This document shows, piece by piece, positions 63,301 to 64,000 of a stretch of DNA of 64,000 bases. The stretch covers positions 70,728,580-70,792,579 of the forward strand of contig NC_057718.1 of assembly GCF_004010195.1 (NCBI RefSeq). Direction: 5' to 3'. The stretch is from Chiloscyllium plagiosum (Eukaryota). Each line of letters begins with the position of its first letter. Within the stretch, counting starts at the first letter, position 1. The position numbers were made by a program, and so were the translations under genes. The notes below the pieces were generated by a model. It was not told the DNA's origin. It made no database searches and was given only the letters and a program-made list of their open reading frames with translations.

Positions 63301-64000
63301 CTGCCCCTGTCCATGATACCGAATGTTGCCGAGAAAGGAGTTCAGAGTTTGACCCAGTAGCAATAAAGGAACAGCAGTATAGTTCCAAATCAGGATGGCA
63401 TATGGCTTGCAGGGGAGCTAGAAGGTTGTGTGCTTAAGTGCATCTGCTGCATTTTATTTTTCTAGGCAGTACAGATTGTGTGTTCATAAGGGCTGCCAAA
63501 AGAGCTTTGATAAGCAGTGCAATTTGTAGGTTCTACACACTGTAACCACTTTGTGTCAGTGATGAGGAGTAAATGTTGAAGGTGGAAGATGGGATCTTAA
63601 TCAGCTGCCTTGACCTGAATGGTGTTGAGATTTTTGACTGCCATTGGAGATGCACCCATCAAGGTGATGGAGAGTACTTGATCACACTCTTGTGACTTGT
63701 AGATGAAGGACAGGCTCTGAGGAGACAGCTGAATCACTCAACAATGAACATGCTCTCATATGGCCAATGATGGAAGAAAGATCATTGATGAAGAAGCTGA
63801 ATATGCTGGACCTAGAACACTACCCTGAGAAACTGGGCCAGACAGAGGGGTAGTGTTTCCTGATTAATAAGAAATGCAATTAAATTAATAGTAAGAAACA
63901 AAGTAGGAATAGATGGTATAGAATCCATGTGGGTAGCATTGAGGAACCGCAAAGGTAAAAAAGCCATAATTGGAGTTATGTACAAGCCTCCAAACAGTAG

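Overview
Eukaryotic DNA, almost certainly from a shark (elasmobranch), inferred from its HE1-type V-SINEs, HER1/CR1 LINEs and Deu-domain SINEs. It is mostly intronic and largely transposon-derived. One host gene is supported: five minus-strand coding exons (45536-45427, 37762-37547, 27882-27815, 21511-21460, 5762-5714). They splice in frame via GT-AG introns to give the N-terminal Rab27-binding SHD/zinc-finger region of a synaptotagmin-like protein, best matching SYTL3; the C2 domains lie beyond the left edge. The introns hold decayed CR1 LINEs, about 15 HE1 SINEs, pogo/Tigger-like MITEs, LTR and Gypsy relics, a decayed intron-containing Harbinger-type Myb/SANT gene and Penelope-like elements (PLEs). 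The most notable structure is a set of at least four sequence families of short PLE-derived fold-back insertions with 11-18 bp target-site duplications (TSDs). They carry minimal type-I hammerhead ribozyme motifs with covarying stems, and one is a near-perfect 188-bp palindrome with an intact hammerhead on each strand (24566-24753). Hammerheads in PLEs are known; the mini-element architecture and breakpoint clustering reported here are read from the sequence and need testing. Family labels A-D are my own. Repeat boundaries are approximate; exon boundaries were read base by base. There is an N gap at 34496-34689.
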